From Schmidtea polychroa (lineage: Eukaryota), in assembly GCA_044892525.1 (NCBI GenBank), contig CM097885.1:21764001-21828000 (forward strand): a DNA stretch of 64,000 nucleotides, written 5' to 3'. The translations under genes and the position numbers were made by a program. Under the pieces are notes generated by a model. That model was not told where the DNA came from and ran no database searches. It saw nothing but the letters and a program-made list of their open reading frames with translations. Below, one piece after another: positions 59,115 through 64,000 of this stretch (positions within the stretch are counted from its first letter, which is position 1; the number at the start of each line of letters is the position of its first letter).

Positions 59115-59882
59115 CTAACGGACTTCATGAATCTCATGTTCCCATTCGGTGTCGGCGAGCAACTCGTCCAGATCAAAGAATTCGGAGGCACTTTCCTCCC
59201 ATGTCACGCCAGCCGCCGAGATGATGCGCGCTGGGGCCCCTGTTGTCAAGTCGATGGACACTCGAGAACTACCACCGCCAGTAGAGTCTTCTATTGACAG
59301 GAGGCTTGGCTTGGTGGACGCACGCTCACGCTGCCTACGCTTTCGTTCCGCACGCGATAATTGTTTGCGCTTGGGTTTGCTCGTAGTTGTGGTGGTTGGA
59401 AGCGCAGTGGGTATAGAGATGTTAGCAGCTGAAGTCTTGCTAGTACCCGGGAGGACAACGTCCGGTCGCCCAGGTGAAAGTTCGGTTTCCACGCAGTCTC
59501 GACACGGTCTCTTGAACGGCGGAGATGGATCCGAGGAAGGGTTGTGATGAGGCGGAAAGATGTTATCGGCCTCTTTGATAGGAATCTGCACTATTTTTCG
59601 GGTTGTAGCCGCCTGCACGTAGACTTTGTGCAGTGCCTCTGACTGTTCTTTGATGAGACTTCTTTGGGCACGGCTCTCAGATATTAGCGCGTCCCGGCAA
59701 TGCTCGCTACGATCGAGCTTCTTTTGGATCTCTTTCATCCGAGCGGGACTAAACCATGTCCCTTCTAGCTCATCTATCTTCCTTTTGTAACGTCCAATCT
59801 GGGTTTGCAGATCTTTGATGATGGCGTTTTTATCCGCACAAGAGAAGCACGGACGTAACGCAGGTTTGGTAGTTGGTATCAT
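59115..59882 (-). CDS. LTR-encoded hypothetical protein, 255 aa (CxxC, coiled coil, Arg-rich motif, acidic tail)
   Basis: Uninterrupted GC-rich ORF; ATG at 59882 preceded by acceptor-like TTCTTTATAG; AATAAA about 95 nt after the stop. Confidence 0.7.
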   Translation of the reverse strand: MIPTTKPALRPCFSCADKNAIIKDLQTQIGRYKRKIDELEGTWFSPARMKEIQKKLDRSEHCRDALISESRAQRSLIKEQSEALHKVYVQAATTRKIVQIPIKEADNIFPPHHNPSSDPSPPFKRPCRDCVETELSPGRPDVVLPGTSKTSAANISIPTALPTTTTTSKPKRKQLSRAERKRRQRERASTKPSLLSIEDSTGGGSSRVSIDLTTGAPARIISAAGVTWEESASEFFDLDELLADTEWEHEIHEVR

Positions 59883-60637
59883 GCTCGCTATAAAGAATGA
59901 GGTTAAGACGTAATATGTACATGGTTGAAGAAAATACGTGGAATACGAATAATCGACTGCCCGTGGATATCCAGCCATCAAACAACAATGAATGTCCTTA
60001 CTCGTCGATTTAGATTATGTACAAAATTACTTAATTCCATTAAATAACACTAGGTTGACGGAATACAATTCTTTACCTAATCGAACTATACTGATTTGAC
60101 GAATGCAATTCGATTAATACAGGTTCAGGGGTACCTTTACAAACCCTAAAATTTTCCTATTGACCTAGAATTTCATTTATGATCAAAATTTACGAGACCT
60201 CGACGCTAACAACCTTTCCAATGCTCGTGACCCTGTCACCCACTCGCACAACCTTATATGTGATAGTTTAAAGATTGACGATATTTGGAAAATTATTAGA
60301 AATAATGGTAATATTATGTTGTCTAATAAAAACTTCGATACATTACTTATCGCGCTTTGTTAAAATTTTATATGATTATTTATGTGGTCTGCTAAATGAG
60401 ATTATTAATATTACCTAACGTCTAATTTTAAATATTTCTAATTATCTAAAATCTAAATAATTTATAATTAATTTAAAATTCCTATTGGTGATTAAAAGTG
60501 AACTTATCAATATTACCTAAAAATCTAATTTGAATTATTCTAATATTCAAACATCAATACTTTATAATTAATTGAAAATTTCTATTGGTGATCGGAAATG
60601 GTTATAATTGTCCGTGATTATCTCATGATTAATCTAG

Positions 60638-63600
60638 TAGGGTGGAGTGAAAATTTTTTTTTCTTAATATCTTGTTTGGATAGCTATAAAAACTTGGTAA
60701 CACATGCAATTAGTAATGTGGCAAACAATTAGACAATTTAAAGCATATCTTGAGGTTCCACAATTGACCTAAAGTATAGGCATATTTCGATAAAAAAGCA
60801 ATAATCTTTAAAAAAAACATTTTTTTATAAGTAACATATTTATGTTATGGTTTAACTTTTTAACAGTCTGTACATAACATTACAAGTAATAAGAACCATA
60901 TCTGTGAAGGGAAACCACATGCAAACTGTCTAACATGTTTTTATAACTACAAATGATGTTGGGCTTTGGTGTCCAGTTTTGGCATTTTCGATCTCGATTC
61001 CAAGCGTGCTCTAATGAATCCGTCGCGTTTTTCTGGACCACACACCATTTCGGATGCTTCTGTCACTAGCTTGATATGTCTCTCTACTGCCTGGGTTTGA
61101 CAAGGATAGCGGGCGAAATCCAGTCTTGGCGTTTCTTCTTCCCGGATCATGGTTAACAAAGTATCTTCGTCAATGTCCACTACGATTGGAGGCTCTGTGA
61201 TCGGAGTTTTCTGCCAATCGATCATGTCTATGTAGCTAGTAGCTTCAAAGTTGATTACTGGCACGCAGAAAGATCTAACTGAAGTCGTACGTTTCTGCTT
61301 TCTGGATTTCAGTATGCGTCGCAGAGCTAACTCGCGTATATCTGATCTTTCATCGGTAAGCATCGCAAGCAACAGATTTTCTGGATGACTAAAGAATGCG
61401 TTGCGTTGAATTACCGGGTCAACAACTTTCTTCAGCTCGTCTGTGAGGTAGCGTGATTTCAGTATCGTACTGTGGACATGTCAAGCGCCGTCTTTACACG
61501 AAGGGGTATTCTTTATTTCAAACCATGCAGGTGCATAAACTGTTACGATAAAGGTAGCAAGCGTCTTTAGTTCATCCGACGGGCTTCTTGTGGCAACATA
61601 CAGACGTAGTATGCGATTAGCCGTGGTTAACCATCTCGAATGGTTGATAAGACCAGGATTGCGAAGTGAATGGTCGACAGGACAAATACCAACACTTACA
61701 GCAGTACACAAATCGAACAGGTATTTCTGATCTGTACTTAAATCGTCGGAATTTGCACTTGACGGTAGAACACAGTTTATCGGCATGTAGTCAACGATGG
61801 GAAGCTTCTCACAATTCAACAATGACTTTCCAATGGGACCAGAAAATCCTTTTGGACCATTGGTAGGTCCATCAAGATACTGAAACAAATGTCTTAACGG
61901 TAATTCGTTTGCATGCAACTGACATACGAACCACTGTAGTGGTCTGTGTAACGTCACTTCAAGTAATCGAATGATGCCTCCTCGAATGCCCGTATTAGTG
62001 GCTGTCCCATCACAACCTATTGCTTTTATGCCACTCGTGTCAACATTTCTTTTATTCAAATATGCAATCAACTCAGCCGTGATAACTTTGCTTGACCCTG
62101 CAGTTGGTGTAATGTGACCGAAATATGTAGCTCCTGGTTCGGCTATAATCGATATATGTTCTTCAGTTATTATTTTCCGATGAAATTTACCATCGCATTC
62201 TTTAATTTGGGTCATTGTATTGTCTTTTCTGCCGTCAAAATATAACCCAGTGATTGTGTTACTGACTTCGGCACATAATGCGCCACGCTTATTACAACGT
62301 TCTCGACGCACTTTACTTCTGTCAATCACTTTAGAAACATCATGTTCGTGGATTATTCCAACATCTTGAAGAACAGCACTGGCGATTCCTGCTGCCGCCC
62401 TGTCGGATACGCCATGTCGATCACACGCTAAAGCCAACGACGGTAGCTTAACTCTCATCTGCTTGTCATTCAATTTTCGCTGTTGTTTAATTTGGCTTAT
62501 ACAATCGTCATCAGAGTCATCATCGCCGGTATCCATTTCCTCTTCCATTCCAGAAATCTCGTCACAGACATCCGACTGTTTATCACCGATGTCATCAATG
62601 GCAGATTTGGTACACATCTGCCTCTGTGTCGACTCTTTACGGATATACCGCTTTTGTAATCTACTGGATTCAACCTCATCAACTCCAGCTATGATCATAC
62701 TGCGTGAACCCCGCTGATCTTCTAGAAAGTCACGTTCAATTGTGGGTATCTTTCTTGACTTCTCACAGTGACACTGAGACATACAAGAGCACTTGCAGGA
62801 GCAAATGTCAAAGAGTTTAATCGATTCATCTTTAAACTGCGATATTTTCTCTCTGTATGGTTCTGAGTCCTTCCTAGATTTATACGGCTTCAGCAATTTC
62901 ATGAACGTCTTGTGGTACACGTTCAACATTTCATGAACACGGCGGTAGCTTACATGTGGTATGGAAGCTTTGTCCCATATTTGTTCTACTTTCATTGACA
63001 CTGTTTCTGCCACGTTGCGATGTGAAGGATCTTTATTGTTCAATTCGCATTTCAGTCTCTGCTTTGTCAGGTTGTAGAATTTCATAACATCTGCATAAGT
63101 CGGTAGTTGATTGTCGGGCATCTCGGATGGACCACCAAAGATGACACAAGACACTTTCTTTCTGGTTACAGCCATTGCAACTCTAAAAAGGAAAACCAGA
63201 GGCATTTTAAATCCATATTATTTAAATGCCATCAATGACTTCAATAATATGTTATAATATTACCTCTTATAATGAAGTATCGTAGTGGAGTAATTATTTA
63301 TCACTAACAATACTACATACAGCGATTCAAAAAAAATACAATGTTATGCAATATGTATGCAATAATCCGTCTGAATTGACTCTAGAAACAGGAAGTGCAG
63401 CGTGTGAATGCGTAGAAAAGTGAACTAATAATGATCTTTTAGTTAACAGTAAGTAACGATAACGTATTAGTGGAAGCAAAAAGTTGCCAATTCCTTGTAA
63501 TGAAAAGAACACCGGATAGCAAATACATTATCGTTTTCTTATCAATGGTTACATTTTAAAGTTGGTTGTGGAACCTCAAGACATTATTTAAATTATTGTT

Positions 63601-63703
63601 TTTCTTTACAGAGTACTTCATTTGACCTCATAGCAAGTTTTTATAACTATCCAAAGTCTACTAAGTCAAAAAATTTTTTTTCGGTCATTTTCACTCCACC
63701 CTA
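60638..63703 (-). mobile_element. Full-length hATm-type DNA transposon
   Basis: TIR TAGGGTGGAGTGAAAA at both ends; perfect 9-bp TSD TTAATCTAG (60629-60637, 63704-63712). Confidence 0.92.
60947..63175 (-). pseudogene. hATm transposase, about 742 codons, one in-frame TGA at 61481-61483
   Basis: YFDGRKD, GCDGTATNTG, WFVCQLHANELPLRHL, HSRWLTTANR, TQAVER. The two ORF-track pieces are in the same frame. Confidence 0.9.
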
Positions 63704-64000
63704 TTAATCTAGGTCACATCGTTATCTAGTGATATATGTGAAGCGATAGCCTGAGTACAATCGTCTCAGACCAGTTGCTATCCATTCGTCATTATCTCAT
63801 AGAGAGGAAAGATTATTATCAATATGGCATATTGTCGAGTATGTCGCTGAAGATATTTACCTGAGGATTTACTCATGCCTCTCATGTGAATGTTCTCCAT
63901 GCCGGGGTGTTATATGTATGCGTTATGTGAACTCTCGTATGTTTGCCGTATCAATGTGAATTTGCGTGTGGTTGTTTATCACTTGAAATGAATTTTGGAT

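Larger units (their letters stand above)
57762..60211 (-). mobile_element. 2.45-kb LTR (probable 3' LTR of a large LTR retroelement continuing to the right)
   Basis: Inverted termini TGTTAG...CTAACA. Short purine tract GGAAAGG just upstream on the minus strand. AATAAA about 100 nt before the end (57870-57865). Inserted cleanly into an RT remnant. The second LTR is not in the window. Confidence 0.7.

Noticed and set aside
59100..59547. Plus-strand ORFs overlapping the LTR ORF (also 61666-61866, 62463-62717, 17069-17377, 12240-12620)
   Set aside because: They are antisense shadows of real coding regions with no motifs of their own.

Overview
Very AT-rich eukaryotic DNA with 42-53 nt GT-AG introns. 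It looks like a flatworm/planarian genome, but that is an inference. Three host genes were reconstructed by hand: a 9-exon secreted discoidin-like + LCCL protein (4293-5653, -), the last three exons of PI4-kinase IIIalpha (20301-22778, +), and a 9-exon MICAL-like CH-LIM-bMERB gene (27947-56455, +). The rest is mostly mobile DNA. A truncated Polinton/Maverick (adintovirus-like) provirus at ~8632-18294 carries pPolB, protease, major capsid, core, penton and integrase. There are also two fragments of a related Polinton family, a 2.45-kb ORF-bearing LTR, a nearly intact hATm transposon, and Merlin, Ginger, Chapaev, hAT, piggyBac, Penelope and gypsy remnants. The main leads are: (1) spliceosomal introns in the Polinton pPolB leader and probably the protease; (2) a covarying RNA structure shared by two divergent LTRs, next to an LTR-encoded Arg-rich/acidic protein (possible Tat/TAR- or Rev/RRE-like system); (3) AP-1/CRE/NR5A/HMG site arrays at the Polinton termini with a coordinated AP-1-to-CRE switch; (4) an inverted pair of HSP90 fragments inside a host intron. 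All coordinates were read by eye and no database searches were run.
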